Virus record (IMG/VR): IMGVR_UViG_2799112568_000001
Span: 3,857-67,856 of that record
Direction: 5' to 3' (one strand)
Length of the DNA: 64,000 nt
DNA from: a virus
Taxonomy: Duplodnaviria; Caudoviricetes
This document shows positions 46,554-57,033 of this stretch, in pieces. Position numbers and translations under genes: made by a program. Below the pieces are notes generated by a model, which saw nothing but the letters and a program-made list of their open reading frames with translations, ran no database searches and was not told where the DNA came from. Within the stretch, counting starts at the first letter, position 1. Every line of letters begins with the position of its first letter.

Positions 46554-47275
46554 ATTACTTTGAATACAACGGGACACGTTCGGATGATATGGGCCTGCGC
46601 ATTGAAAGCAAGAATGTATTCTCCGCTCCGAAGTATGATGCGAAGTTCACCACCATTCCCGGCAGAGATGGCGAGCTGATTGTACCAAACTATCGATACC
46701 CCAATGTTCAAGTGACATATACCGTGTTCGTGCCTGCAAAGAGCATCTCAGAGCTCTCTGCGCGGATCACCGCTATTAAGGCATGGCTTTACACCGAGCC
46801 GGATCGGTATCACGAACTGCGTGACTCCTATGACAGCACCTTTTTCAGGAGAGCGGTAATAAACACGCAGCTTGACATCGAGGATCAGCTAAACAAGATC
46901 GGGACATTTACGGTTTCGTTTTCTTGCCATCCGTTCCGTTTCAGCGAAGAAGGACAAACACCGGTTTCTGTAGGAAACGGTGGAACAATCATCAATCCAT
47001 TCGCCTTTCCCTCGAAGCCGGTCATCAAGATCTCCGGCAGTGGAGATGGTGTACTGAGAGTTATCAACGGTGCTATAAACCTTTGGAACATCACGGACAT
47101 TGAGAACGGAATGCTCATCGACAGCGGTCAGATGAACTGCTACAAGGATGCAGTACCGCTCAACGACCGTGTCAGCGGCGACGGCTTCCCGCTGCTGTAT
47201 CCCGGCACAAGCCATATCGTCTATCAGGGCGGTATCACTTCCGTTGAGATCACTCCGGGGTGGTGTACGCTATGA
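46550..47275 (+). CDS. Distal tail (Dit-like) protein
   Basis: Directly after the TMP; IPGRDG, FSCHPF, GFPLLYPG. Confidence 0.85.
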   Translation: MNYFEYNGTRSDDMGLRIESKNVFSAPKYDAKFTTIPGRDGELIVPNYRYPNVQVTYTVFVPAKSISELSARITAIKAWLYTEPDRYHELRDSYDSTFFRRAVINTQLDIEDQLNKIGTFTVSFSCHPFRFSEEGQTPVSVGNGGTIINPFAFPSKPVIKISGSGDGVLRVINGAINLWNITDIENGMLIDSGQMNCYKDAVPLNDRVSGDGFPLLYPGTSHIVYQGGITSVEITPGWCTL

Positions 47276-49101
47276 TCCCGGTACTCTACAGAGCGGACGC
47301 GACCGAGTTCTCCTCCTTCGGCATCGGAGCCCTTGCGGACTGTATTTCCTGCGAGGTGTCGGAGGAACGCAATGGAGCGTTTGAACTCACCATGAAGTAT
47401 CCGGTCACCGGAAGGAACTATAAAGAGCTGGCAAACGAGAGACTTGTAAAAGCAAAGCCTAACGACACAGCACGTGATCAGGTCTTTCGTATTTACAGGA
47501 TTACCACTCCGCTTGATGGAGTGGTTTCTGTTTATGCACAGCATATTTCATACGACCTGTCAAATGTCGCAGCCCTTCTGTGGTCAAGCGAACAGATATC
47601 TCCGACGCTGGCTATGGAACGGGTGTTTCAGAATACTGCAACACCGCACAATTTTACCTGCCAAACGGAATACTCCGAGGCAAAACCCTTCTCGGTATCA
47701 AGGCCGCAGAGCGTCCGGGCATGTCTTGGAGGTGTCGCCGGTTCGTTTCTTGACCTCTGGGGCGGCGAATATGAGTGGGATAACTTCAGGGTGATCCACC
47801 ACCAGAGGCGTGGTCAGCAGACGGGTGTCGTTATCGAGTACGGTAAGAACCTCACGAAGATGGAGCATGACGCGGACGACACCGATGTGTACACCGACAT
47901 TCTCCCGTATGCCGTACAGACCGATGAAAACGGAACCGAAACAGTCATCACGCTGCAGGAGGTCCTTATACCCATCACCGGCTCGGAGCTCTCAAGGCGA
48001 AAGACACTGATAAAGGACTTCACAGAGAACTTCGACTTCGGCACGATCATTTCGGAGGAGGCACTCAGGGCGAAGGCTAACAGCTGGCTTACCGCGAACC
48101 CGTCCGGCGTGACTGCTCCCACGCTGACCGTAGCCTTCGAGCCTTTGTGGAAACAGCCGGAGTACGCTGCAGTACTGGAGCGAGTATCCCTTTGCGACAC
48201 GGTCACGATACGGCACTCCGTTCTTGGCGTGACCGCAAAGGCAAAGGTCATCAAGACGATTTACGACACCCTCTCCGAAAAATACAAGTCCATTACTCTC
48301 GGAAGCGCGAAGGCAAACTTTATTAACACGGTTTCAGAGACCCAGCAGACCGTGCAGCAGGTCTCGACAAAAATCGACAGATTTCCCGCGCTTTTGAATG
48401 CAGCGGTCTCGTCGGCCACAAATCTCATCACCGGCCAGACGGGAGGTTATGTCGTTATTCATCAGGACGCGGATTCCGGGCAGCCGTATGAGCTACTGAT
48501 CCTCGACCATCCGGATATCGAAAGCGCAGTCAATGTATGGCGCTGGAACGTGGGCGGACTTGGATTTTCCCATAACGGCTACAACGGACCATACGAAACC
48601 GCCATCACATCGGACGGCCAGATCGTCGCGGACTTCATCACTTCTGGGACGCTGGTGGCCAACATCATCAAGGCGGGAGTGCTGTCCTCTCAGGACGGTT
48701 CATCCTATTGGGATCTTGAGACTGGCGAAATTCATCTGACGGCCTACGCGACTACAACACAGATGGAGGAAGTTTCCGACCGCGTCGATGTGATTGAGGA
48801 TCAACGAATGCTCCGGCTTGTGATCTCGTCCACCAACGGAAACATCTTCAAGAATGGCATTATCAACACGACGCTGTATGCGACCGTGTTTTCGTGGGAC
48901 GAGAACATAACCGACGAGCTTGACCCGAACCAGTTTATATGGACCCGTGTCTCTGATGACGCAGCCAGCGATGCCGCTTGGAACAGCGCACACTTTGGAG
49001 GCACGAAATCCATTGATATAACGTCCGATGACGTCCGGGTAAGGGCGACCTTCTTCTGCGACCTCATCGATCCAATTACAAGAAACAGCTTACTCGGCTG
49101 A
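47272..49101 (+). CDS. Tail hub/spike (Tal, phage endopeptidase-type minor structural protein)
   Basis: VSEERNGAFELTMKYP, IEYGKNL, VSLCDTV, GQIVADFITSG; gene order. Confidence 0.85.
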   Translation: MIPVLYRADATEFSSFGIGALADCISCEVSEERNGAFELTMKYPVTGRNYKELANERLVKAKPNDTARDQVFRIYRITTPLDGVVSVYAQHISYDLSNVAALLWSSEQISPTLAMERVFQNTATPHNFTCQTEYSEAKPFSVSRPQSVRACLGGVAGSFLDLWGGEYEWDNFRVIHHQRRGQQTGVVIEYGKNLTKMEHDADDTDVYTDILPYAVQTDENGTETVITLQEVLIPITGSELSRRKTLIKDFTENFDFGTIISEEALRAKANSWLTANPSGVTAPTLTVAFEPLWKQPEYAAVLERVSLCDTVTIRHSVLGVTAKAKVIKTIYDTLSEKYKSITLGSAKANFINTVSETQQTVQQVSTKIDRFPALLNAAVSSATNLITGQTGGYVVIHQDADSGQPYELLILDHPDIESAVNVWRWNVGGLGFSHNGYNGPYETAITSDGQIVADFITSGTLVANIIKAGVLSSQDGSSYWDLETGEIHLTAYATTTQMEEVSDRVDVIEDQRMLRLVISSTNGNIFKNGIINTTLYATVFSWDENITDELDPNQFIWTRVSDDAASDAAWNSAHFGGTKSIDITSDDVRVRATFFCDLIDPITRNSLLG

Positions 49102-49117
49102 TTAAGGAGGAACTTTT

Positions 49118-50197
49118 ATGAGCAGAGCACAAGGTCAATTTACAATCATTGACTATAACGATGCGCTGACCCTGACCGGCTACATCGGCAGCAATCATCC
49201 GAAAACGCAGATGTTCAATCCGGACAACGGCAGCTATACACCAAGCTGGGCAAGCACAAATCTTGTCTTGACGCCCAGCCTTTATGTGATCGGTACGACC
49301 ACGGATCAGATCACCTCGGAGAACGTGACCTCGGTCAAGTGGTATCAGGGTACCTCGACCACTCCGATTGCGAGCGGCGGCAACTATACGCTCAACGGAG
49401 CTAAGAGCCACATTCTGACGGTCAAGGCAAACATTATGGCCGGTCTTCCCGGCGTGGACTTCAAGTGCGAGATCACCTACAGAGACCCCAGCACCGGCCT
49501 GACGCTGGTCCATCCTCTGTCGATTTCGTTCTCCCGCGTGGTCAACGGTTCCGGCATTGTGGACCTTCTCGTTATCACACCGAACGGTAATGTATTCAAG
49601 AATTCCGAAGTGGCAACGCTGACTGCGAAGGCCGAACTCTGGAGAGGCTCAACAGTCGACACCACGAGCGTCTCCTACAAGTGGGCGATGATGGATGCAT
49701 CTGTCACGTCTTCCTCCTCAACAGGCTACGACTCAGCCTTCGGCATCGGTTGGAGAAAGCTCACCAATACCGCAAACTTGTACTCCGGTTGCACCACTGC
49801 GACACTGACGCTCTACGCGGCAGCCGTGGACAGCTATGCTGTCGTCAAGTGCTGTGCAACGGATACCGATTCTGCGTCTCCGACCTACAACACGAAGTTC
49901 TTTGATGTTGCCACCTTCATTGACAACTCTGACCCGCTGCAGGTAATCATTTCATCCACTGGCGGTGATGTCTTCAAGAACGGCATCGGCAGCACTGTAT
50001 TGACTGCCGTATGCTATCAGGCTGGAGCCGAGGTCGATTCGGCTGGCACCGGAACATATACGTGGACAAAATACAACAAGGACGGTGCTGTGGATACTGC
50101 TTGGGGTACGAACGGAACAAAGACCGGAAAAACGCTGTCGGTTGGTACCGCTGATGTCGATACCAAGGCGACCTTTATGGTAGTCGTCGATCTATAA
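49118..50197 (+). CDS. Minor tail protein (Ig-like, Thr/Ser-rich)
   Basis: Repeated GNVFKN/GDVFKN modules shared with the upstream gene; position in the tail cluster. Confidence 0.7.
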   Translation: MSRAQGQFTIIDYNDALTLTGYIGSNHPKTQMFNPDNGSYTPSWASTNLVLTPSLYVIGTTTDQITSENVTSVKWYQGTSTTPIASGGNYTLNGAKSHILTVKANIMAGLPGVDFKCEITYRDPSTGLTLVHPLSISFSRVVNGSGIVDLLVITPNGNVFKNSEVATLTAKAELWRGSTVDTTSVSYKWAMMDASVTSSSSTGYDSAFGIGWRKLTNTANLYSGCTTATLTLYAAAVDSYAVVKCCATDTDSASPTYNTKFFDVATFIDNSDPLQVIISSTGGDVFKNGIGSTVLTAVCYQAGAEVDSAGTGTYTWTKYNKDGAVDTAWGTNGTKTGKTLSVGTADVDTKATFMVVVDL

Positions 50198-50209
50198 GGA
50201 GGTACGGCT

Positions 50210-51298
50210 ATGCGGGCAATCGGTCAAATCACTATTACGAACATCTGTGATGTGGTAGCTTCCGAGACGGCCCCTGAAAATCCCTACGTCGGCCAGCTAT
50301 GGGTAGACACTTCGGTATCGCCTCCTGAAACAAAGATATGGAACGGCGCGGAATGGGTCTTGCAGAACGACATCGAGACCATCCGCGTCGCCATTTCTGT
50401 GCTCACTACCAGAAGCGCAGAGCTGCAAAGCACCATTGATGGGCTGAATAGTTATGTCGGCAGCATGACGCAGACGATTGAAACGATCACGGACAGCCTC
50501 GGTAATGAGCAGGAAACCGTGCTGGAGATGCAGGCGCAGATGTCTCAGCTTCAGCAGACAATCGACGGCCTTACCATACAGGTGCAAAACCAGTACGCAG
50601 GCGGTTTGAATTTCATCCAGAACTCGGCTGGACTTAACGGCATATCCGACGATTGGGTGAAAACAGGAACCGTCACGGTTGATACTTCCACGGACACACA
50701 GAACAACACAACCTCGGACTCGTGCTTCGTTCTCGGCACGTCCTCCACGCTGAAGCAGACGGTCACAGGCCTTGTTACCGGCCAGTCCTATGCGTTTTCG
50801 CTCCGGGCGAAGAAGACCGCATCGAGCTATTCGAGCTATATTCGTGTGCAGTACAACGGCAACAAATACGCCTATTTCTTCAACCAGACGACCACGTTCG
50901 GCTGGCAGGATTTCAGCCTTGTGATCGATGACATCACCGACAGCACCATCGTGTTCTATATCTACAACCGCTCTGCGTCGCTGTATGTCTCGGACATCAT
51001 GATGGTCGAAGGGCCGACGGTCCATAACTGGACTCCCGCTCCGAACGAAATCTACACGAACGAGGTGAAGATTGATAAGCGCGGTATCGCCGTCTCCAAC
51101 GCGGCGTCCTCCCAGCGGACGGTAATCACGAATACAGAGTTTGCCGGTTACTACAACGACGAGATCATCTTCACGCTGAACAAGGACGAAACCCAGACAA
51201 AGAAAACCACTGTGGACGGCGAGCTCACAGTGGGAAAAACAAAATTCGTGCCGATGTCAACGGCCTCTGATGGCTTGAACATCGTAATTCTTGACTAA
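50210..51298 (+). CDS. Minor tail protein (coiled coil plus beta-sandwich)
   Basis: GQLWVDTS..P, coiled-coil segment, carbohydrate-binding-like C-terminus. Confidence 0.7.
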   Translation: MRAIGQITITNICDVVASETAPENPYVGQLWVDTSVSPPETKIWNGAEWVLQNDIETIRVAISVLTTRSAELQSTIDGLNSYVGSMTQTIETITDSLGNEQETVLEMQAQMSQLQQTIDGLTIQVQNQYAGGLNFIQNSAGLNGISDDWVKTGTVTVDTSTDTQNNTTSDSCFVLGTSSTLKQTVTGLVTGQSYAFSLRAKKTASSYSSYIRVQYNGNKYAYFFNQTTTFGWQDFSLVIDDITDSTIVFYIYNRSASLYVSDIMMVEGPTVHNWTPAPNEIYTNEVKIDKRGIAVSNAASSQRTVITNTEFAGYYNDEIIFTLNKDETQTKKTTVDGELTVGKTKFVPMSTASDGLNIVILD

Positions 51299-51315
51299 GG
51301 AAGGAGGTAATCTGA

Positions 51316-53838
51316 ATGGCACTTAGCGGCAGCTTTCAAAATCTGCCTGTAAACAATTTCGGCCTGTATTGCACATGGTCGGCCACACAGAGCGTCATCG
51401 GGAATTACTCGGATGTAACGCTCAATGTTTACTTGAAATACTACACGCTGGAAGTAGGTTCTCGACCGGATTCGACAGTTTCCATCAACGGAGTCTCTGA
51501 AACCTACACAGCTCCTGCTATCACCGATTACTCCTCCGGTCAGCACACGAAGCTCCTGAAAACAAAGACTGTACGAGTAAATCATAACGCTGATGGCACC
51601 AAGTCAGGTGTGGCGCTTTCTGCGTATTGGAGGTTTTCCGGTACTTATAGCGGAACGCCTATCAGCTCGATCACGGCCAGCACAACTATCACGCTGGATA
51701 CTATCGACAGAGCCGCTCCGACGGTCTCGCTGTCAACCTCCAACATTACGGCAAACGGGGTAACGCTCTCTGCAACCTCATCTGCAACAGCAGATATCTG
51801 GCAGTACAGCACGGACAACGGCTCCACTTGGACGCAGTTCTCGACGACAGCAGGGACTTCCGCTTCTGTGACAGTTGTCGGGCTCTCTCCGAACACCACT
51901 TACTACGTCAAGGTCCGGGCAAGGAAAAAGAGCAATCAAGTCTATGGTACTTCTTCTGCAGTAACGGTAAAGACGCTGGGCGGTGCAATCGTCAACAGCG
52001 TTTCAGCCGTGACTGCAGATTCCGCAACCGTAAGCATAAGCCTGAATGTGACGGTTTATGATGCCTCCTATAGCTACACCCTCGCACTGAAGAACGGATC
52101 AACGACTATCGTCACCGTGGGCGGTCTTACGTGGTCAAAAGGAACTGCGAACCGGACAGTAACACTGACTGCCACGCAGAGGACCACGCTGTTGACGGCG
52201 ATGGCATCCCTTAAGTCCTTCACTGGAACTTTTGCGGTTACGACCTACAACGGCTCAACGCAGATCGGTTCGGTTTCCTCGAAAACCGCTACAGTCACGA
52301 CCACGGCAGCGAATTCCGGCCCGACGCTTTCTGGTTTTACCTTCGCCGACAGTTACGCAACTACGACGGCGATAACCGAAAACGATCAGGTCTTCATTCA
52401 GGGCCACTCCAAATTGACGGTCACTCCCGGAACAGCGACACCGAAGAACTCTGCTACGATTGCCAACTATACAGCCACTTGTAATGGCGTTTCGGTTTCC
52501 AACACGACCGGCGATGCCCTGACCGTCGGACCGGTATCAAAGAGCGGATCGGTCGCTGTGGTTTTGACGATCACAGACAGCCGTGGGTATACGGCAAGCG
52601 TCACTCAAAACATCACGGTGTTAGCCTATGCACAGCCCAAGGTGAACTCCTTGACGCTCCGGCGTACAAACGACATCGAAGCCGAGATGCAGCTGATCTT
52701 CAACGGGTCCATTTCGGCTATCACCGTGGATAGCGTTCAGAAGAACTCGCTGAAATACGTGCGATACCGGTATAAGGCGACAAGCGCGACGTCGTACAGC
52801 AGCTATGTCAGCATTCTTTCGGCAGTAACGCAGAGCGGAACATCCTTCTCGTATTCAAATCTGGAGCTACGAGACCTTGCTGCAGATCAGTCTTGGGATG
52901 TTCATATTCAGATCCGCGACCAGCTTAACAGCCTCTCGTCTTTGGATTTGTACTATGTTATCCCGCAGGGCACTCCGCTTGTGGCACTCCGAAAGCAGAA
53001 GGTCGGCATCAATACGCCAACACCCGAAGCCGCTCTTGATGTTGTCGGCGACGCGAAGGTGTCCGGGACCCTGACGGCGACTACGCTCTCCGGTTCTCTT
53101 GCACCATCAAAGCTCTCGTCCGCTGTGCCGATTTCAAAAGGCGGTACCGGCGCGACAACAGCTGCGTCTGCAAGGACGAATCTGGCCGTGCTTCCGCTGG
53201 CAGGAGGAACACTCACCGGTCAGGTTCAAAAGGCCGGGTCAGGTGGTTCGTTTATAAACGGGCGAACCTATGCCATGATCCGGACGAACAGCAATGGCAG
53301 TTCATCTTCCTTCTATCCCGTGGTATCCGTCAAAACTCCTTCCGGTTCTTGGGATATCGGTGCATACGGTGAAAGCCTGTACTTTGTGTACGGAACCGAT
53401 GCGAACTTCAATGCAGGTACAAACACGACCTTGCAGCGATACATCAATTCCAGCGGAAACTTCAGCGGGAAGGCGTCAAACGTGACTGGAACAGTGGCTC
53501 TGGCCAACGGAGGCACCGGTGCAACTACGGCTGCTGCAGCGAGGACGAATCTCGGCATTGCGGTCACATCGCTTTATAACGGGGACCTGTCAAGCGGCAG
53601 CATCACCTTCAACTACGGGAACTACAACGCCTATATCATCTTGGGCAAACCCGGCACAGCGACTGCTATCGCCGGTATCGTTGTTCCAAAAGCACAGATT
53701 ACGACCTCGGACGTTAAGTATCAGATCACGGACGAATCCTACTACCGCTGCTTCAATCTGAAGTATTCCAGCTCGACCGTGACCCTGACGATCTCCACAG
53801 GCAGCGGATCAATTTTGAGGGTCTTCGGACTCAACTGA
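51316..53838 (+). CDS. Tail fibre / receptor-binding protein with FN3-like domain
   Basis: 840 aa Thr/Ser-rich; GLSPNTTYYVKVRA (FN3), VGINTPTP, two GGTGATTAA.ARTNL repeats. Confidence 0.8.
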   Translation: MALSGSFQNLPVNNFGLYCTWSATQSVIGNYSDVTLNVYLKYYTLEVGSRPDSTVSINGVSETYTAPAITDYSSGQHTKLLKTKTVRVNHNADGTKSGVALSAYWRFSGTYSGTPISSITASTTITLDTIDRAAPTVSLSTSNITANGVTLSATSSATADIWQYSTDNGSTWTQFSTTAGTSASVTVVGLSPNTTYYVKVRARKKSNQVYGTSSAVTVKTLGGAIVNSVSAVTADSATVSISLNVTVYDASYSYTLALKNGSTTIVTVGGLTWSKGTANRTVTLTATQRTTLLTAMASLKSFTGTFAVTTYNGSTQIGSVSSKTATVTTTAANSGPTLSGFTFADSYATTTAITENDQVFIQGHSKLTVTPGTATPKNSATIANYTATCNGVSVSNTTGDALTVGPVSKSGSVAVVLTITDSRGYTASVTQNITVLAYAQPKVNSLTLRRTNDIEAEMQLIFNGSISAITVDSVQKNSLKYVRYRYKATSATSYSSYVSILSAVTQSGTSFSYSNLELRDLAADQSWDVHIQIRDQLNSLSSLDLYYVIPQGTPLVALRKQKVGINTPTPEAALDVVGDAKVSGTLTATTLSGSLAPSKLSSAVPISKGGTGATTAASARTNLAVLPLAGGTLTGQVQKAGSGGSFINGRTYAMIRTNSNGSSSSFYPVVSVKTPSGSWDIGAYGESLYFVYGTDANFNAGTNTTLQRYINSSGNFSGKASNVTGTVALANGGTGATTAAAARTNLGIAVTSLYNGDLSSGSITFNYGNYNAYIILGKPGTATAIAGIVVPKAQITTSDVKYQITDESYYRCFNLKYSSSTVTLTISTGSGSILRVFGLN

Positions 53839-53849
53839 GGAGGTGCGAT

Positions 53850-54215
53850 ATGCAGGTATTACTGGAAAAAGGATATGTTGTTTCCTATGCACTTGAGGGA
53901 AATCTCGTCGATGGCATTGAGGCAAACGCTCCACCTGACATGGAGCACTTCATGGCTCATTTCAAAGCCTATCGCATGAGAGATGGGACCCTCGAATACG
54001 ACGGACAACAGAATACGGAAATTGAGAAAAAAGCACTTTGTGATGACCTGCGAAAGCGGCGTGAAACAGAGTGCTTTTCCTATATCAACAGAGGCCAGCT
54101 TTGGTATGACAAGCTCTCCAATGCTCAAAAGCAGGAACTGAGCGAATGGTACCAAGGCTGGCTTCAAGTCACGGACACACTGACGGAACCGGATAAACCG
54201 TCGTGGTTATATTAA
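53850..54215 (+). CDS. Small tail-fibre-associated protein
   Basis: RBS GGAGGT; LRKRRETECF...WYQGWLQVT...P.KP.W pattern of fibre chaperone-like genes. Confidence 0.65.
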   Translation: MQVLLEKGYVVSYALEGNLVDGIEANAPPDMEHFMAHFKAYRMRDGTLEYDGQQNTEIEKKALCDDLRKRRETECFSYINRGQLWYDKLSNAQKQELSEWYQGWLQVTDTLTEPDKPSWLY

Positions 54216-54238
54216 AAACTTCAAAGGAGGAACTGAAC

Positions 54239-54670
54239 ATGAAAGAATTCTGGGCTACCATTCAGGTCGCTTTTGCTGCTGTCGGCGGCTGGCTTGGATG
54301 GTTTCTGGGAGGATGTGACGGCTTGCTTTATGCGCTGCTTGCGTTTGTAGTCATCGACTACATCACCGGAATCATGTGCGCCATCGTGGACAAGAAGCTG
54401 TCCTCTGCCGTGGGCTTCAAAGGCATCTTCAAAAAGGTGCTCATTTTCACGCTTGTCGGCATCGGGCACATTCTGGACACGCAGGTAATCGGCACCGGTT
54501 CCATACTGCGTACTGCTGTCATTTTCTTCTATCTCTCGAACGAGGGTGTATCCCTTATCGAAAACGCGGGACATCTCGGACTGCCGATTCCCGCAAAGCT
54601 GAAGGCTGTGCTGGAGCAGCTTCACGACCGTGCTGAAAAGGAGGACGAGCACCATGATGACAAATATTGA
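54239..54670 (+). CDS. Holin (toxin secretion / phage lysis holin family)
   Basis: IDYITG, KLSS.VGFKGIFKK, NEGVSLIENAG.LGLPIP. Confidence 0.9.
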   Translation: MKEFWATIQVAFAAVGGWLGWFLGGCDGLLYALLAFVVIDYITGIMCAIVDKKLSSAVGFKGIFKKVLIFTLVGIGHILDTQVIGTGSILRTAVIFFYLSNEGVSLIENAGHLGLPIPAKLKAVLEQLHDRAEKEDEHHDDKY

Positions 54671-56255
54671 ACTGGCAAACAAACTCAAGGACATCGCCAA
54701 GAACTATAAGACGCTGTATGTTCTCGGCTGCTTCGGCGCTCCGCTGAATGCCGCCAACAAGAAACGCTACACCAGCAACTACGATTACAACAAGCAGGCT
54801 TCTCGAAAGGCCATGATCAATGCCGCCTCGGATGACACCTTCGGTTTTGATTGTGTCTGCCTCATCAAAGGTGTGCTCTGGGGCTGGAACGGCAACAAGA
54901 ACGCGACCTACGGCGGTGCCGGTTACGCCTGCAACGGTGTGCCGGACATCGGCGCGGATCAGATGATTAAGGTCTGCAAGAATGTCACGACTGACTTCTC
55001 CAAGATTGAAATCGGCGAGGCCGTGTGGCTTGAAGGCCACATCGGTGTTTATGTCGGCGATGGCCTTGCCGTTGAATGCACTCCGCGCTGGGCAAACAAG
55101 GTCCAGATCACTGCCTGCAACAGGAACGTCAGCGGATATAACCGTCGTGACTGGACGAAGCATGGCAAACTCCCGTATGTGACCTATGTGAACGAAGCAC
55201 CTGAAATACCCGTAGAAAAACCGCCTGTAAAAGGTATCGATGTTTCCAAGTGGCAGGGCGAGATTGACTGGAACAAGGTCAAGGCAGACGGCATCAAGTT
55301 TGCGATGATCCGTTTGGGATACGGCTCCGCTGATGGAAACTCCTGCGGCCTTGACGGTTACTTCGAGAAAAACGTGGCAGGAGCTGTGAAAGCCGGTATC
55401 GACATCGGCTGTTACTTCTACTCCTATGCAACCTCCGTGGCTGCTGCAAAAAAGGAAGCCGCGTATGTGGTCGGCGTCCTGCAGAAGTACAAAGGCGTAT
55501 TCGCATATCCTGTCGCATTCGATCTGGAAGACAAGACCCAGCAGGGACTTGGAAAGACCGTTCTGACCGATATGGTGATTGCCTTCGGTGATGCAATCGA
55601 GAAGGCAGGTTTCTACTGCTCCCTTTACAGCAACCCCAGCTGGATGAAGAGCTATCTCGATGCAGATCGCGTCAAACGCTTTGACCTCTGGCTGGCACAC
55701 TGGACGGACAAGACAAACTATGCCGGTGCATACGGCATGTGGCAGAACTCCTCCAGCGGCAAGGTGAATGGCATCAACGGAAACGTCGATACGGATATCG
55801 CGTACAAGGACTATCCTGCGATCATCAAGAGTGCGAAGCTCAACGGCTTCACCTCTGCGGATCAGAAGCCTTCTGTACCGTCCGAACCCGGCACACCTGT
55901 GACTCCTCCTGCCTCTTTCAAGAAGGGAGATCTCGTGAAGATCACCGGCACGAAATACTACGGCGGCCAGACGATCCCCGGATGGGTAAAAGCGAAGAAC
56001 TGGTATGTTCTTCAGGTCAATGGCAGTCGCGTCGTAATCGACAAAAGTGAGGATGGGAAGCATGCCATTTGTAGCCCTGTCAATGCAAAAGACCTTCAGC
56101 TGGCAAAGGCCACTCCCCAAAAGACTGTAGACGAGCTCGCCCATGAGGTTATCAAGGGCCTCTGGGGTAATGGCACTGACAGGAAGAACCGCCTGACCGC
56201 TGCCGGTTACGATTACCGCGCCGTTCAGGATCGCGTTAACGAGCTCCTGAGATAA
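54654..56255 (+). CDS. Modular endolysin: NlpC/CHAP-like + GH25 muramidase + SH3-like + Cpl-7-like binding domain
   Basis: FDCVCLIK...GHIGVY; GIDVSKWQG...AFDLED; KGDLVKITG; DELAHEVIKGLWGNG.DRKNRL..AGYDY. Confidence 0.88.
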   Translation: MMTNIELANKLKDIAKNYKTLYVLGCFGAPLNAANKKRYTSNYDYNKQASRKAMINAASDDTFGFDCVCLIKGVLWGWNGNKNATYGGAGYACNGVPDIGADQMIKVCKNVTTDFSKIEIGEAVWLEGHIGVYVGDGLAVECTPRWANKVQITACNRNVSGYNRRDWTKHGKLPYVTYVNEAPEIPVEKPPVKGIDVSKWQGEIDWNKVKADGIKFAMIRLGYGSADGNSCGLDGYFEKNVAGAVKAGIDIGCYFYSYATSVAAAKKEAAYVVGVLQKYKGVFAYPVAFDLEDKTQQGLGKTVLTDMVIAFGDAIEKAGFYCSLYSNPSWMKSYLDADRVKRFDLWLAHWTDKTNYAGAYGMWQNSSSGKVNGINGNVDTDIAYKDYPAIIKSAKLNGFTSADQKPSVPSEPGTPVTPPASFKKGDLVKITGTKYYGGQTIPGWVKAKNWYVLQVNGSRVVIDKSEDGKHAICSPVNAKDLQLAKATPQKTVDELAHEVIKGLWGNGTDRKNRLTAAGYDYRAVQDRVNELLR

Positions 56256-56276
56256 TCTGAATACACCTCCGGCTAT

Positions 56277-56316
56277 GGCCCATCGTGGATTTTTCTGCGG
56301 TGGGCCTTCTTTTTTT
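56277..56316 (+). terminator. Intrinsic terminator after the lysis genes
   Basis: GGCCCATCGTGGA / TCTGCGGTGGGCC stem followed by TTCTTTTTTT. Confidence 0.7.
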
Positions 56317-56324
56317 GCATTTTT

Positions 56325-56364
56325 AGCGGACCACTTTGGCCATTTCCCTCCAGTGGGTAGTGAG
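56325..56364 (+). repeat. 40-bp exact repeat, copy 2 (upstream of the recombination module)
   Basis: Identical to 21646-21685. Confidence 0.95.
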
Positions 56365-56394
56365 AGGGACTCCTCTCGGACTGGAGGATATCTC

Positions 56395-56814
56395 ATGACC
56401 AACGAACAAAAAGAAAAAATCATCGACCTGCGGCATCAAGGCTACGGCTATACCGCTATCGCAAACGCTGTGGGTCTCAAGAAAGACAACATAAAAGCCT
56501 TCTGCCGGAAGCACGGTCTCGCAGGCGTGAAGGCAGAGAGCAATGCCCGTGTATCGATTGTTCAGGACATCTGCCTTAATTGCGGCAAGCCTCTGACCCA
56601 GCAGCCCGGAGTAAAGCAGCGCAAATTCTGCTGCCCGGAATGCCGGACGAAGTGGTGGAACGCCCATCAGGATCAGGTGAAGCAAAAAGCTCTCTACCGT
56701 TTCACCTGTCCGGAATGTGGTCAGGACTTCACCTCCTACGGAAACTCAAAGCGGAAGTACTGCAGCCATGAGTGCTATATCGCAGCCCGCTTCAAAGGCG
56801 GTGATGCAATATGA
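56395..56814 (+). CDS. HTH plus zinc-ribbon protein of the recombinase module
   Basis: N-terminal GYGYTAIANAVGL HTH; four CxxC pairs (CLNC, CCPEC, CPEC, CSHEC). Confidence 0.8.
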   Translation: MTNEQKEKIIDLRHQGYGYTAIANAVGLKKDNIKAFCRKHGLAGVKAESNARVSIVQDICLNCGKPLTQQPGVKQRKFCCPECRTKWWNAHQDQVKQKALYRFTCPECGQDFTSYGNSKRKYCSHECYIAARFKGGDAI

Positions 56815-56981
56815 GCGCAGAAGAAATCCGCAACGACATGCTCTATCATGCGGCGCTTTCAGTAGCAAAGGACATGCTGGAAAAGGGCCTCATTACCGAG
56901 GAAGAGTACGCTCAAATTGATACAATTCTCCTCGAAAAATACCGGCCATATTTGGGTACATTACTTTCCGAAAACGCTTGA
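56811..56981 (+). CDS. SHOCT-like 56-aa protein
   Basis: Not in the track; MSAEEIRNDMLYHAALSVAKDMLEKGLITEEEYAQIDTILLEKYRPYLGTLLSENA; ATGA overlap with the previous gene. Confidence 0.75.
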   Translation: MSAEEIRNDMLYHAALSVAKDMLEKGLITEEEYAQIDTILLEKYRPYLGTLLSENA

Positions 56982-57007
56982 TATTTCAGGCTTTTAGAGT
57001 GATATAT
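56976..57007 (+). promoter_or_regulatory. Promoter-like motif, copy 3, upstream of recombinase 1
   Basis: GCTTGATATTTCAGGCTTTTAGAGTGATATAT. Confidence 0.7.
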
Positions 57008-57033
57008 AGACACACGGAAAGGAGGGATTTTTC

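Noticed and set aside
53130-53560. Duplicated GGTGATTAA.ARTNL segment as a diversity-generating retroelement TR/VR pair
   Set aside because: No reverse transcriptase is present, the differences are synonymous rather than adenine-specific, and this is a common tail-fibre motif.
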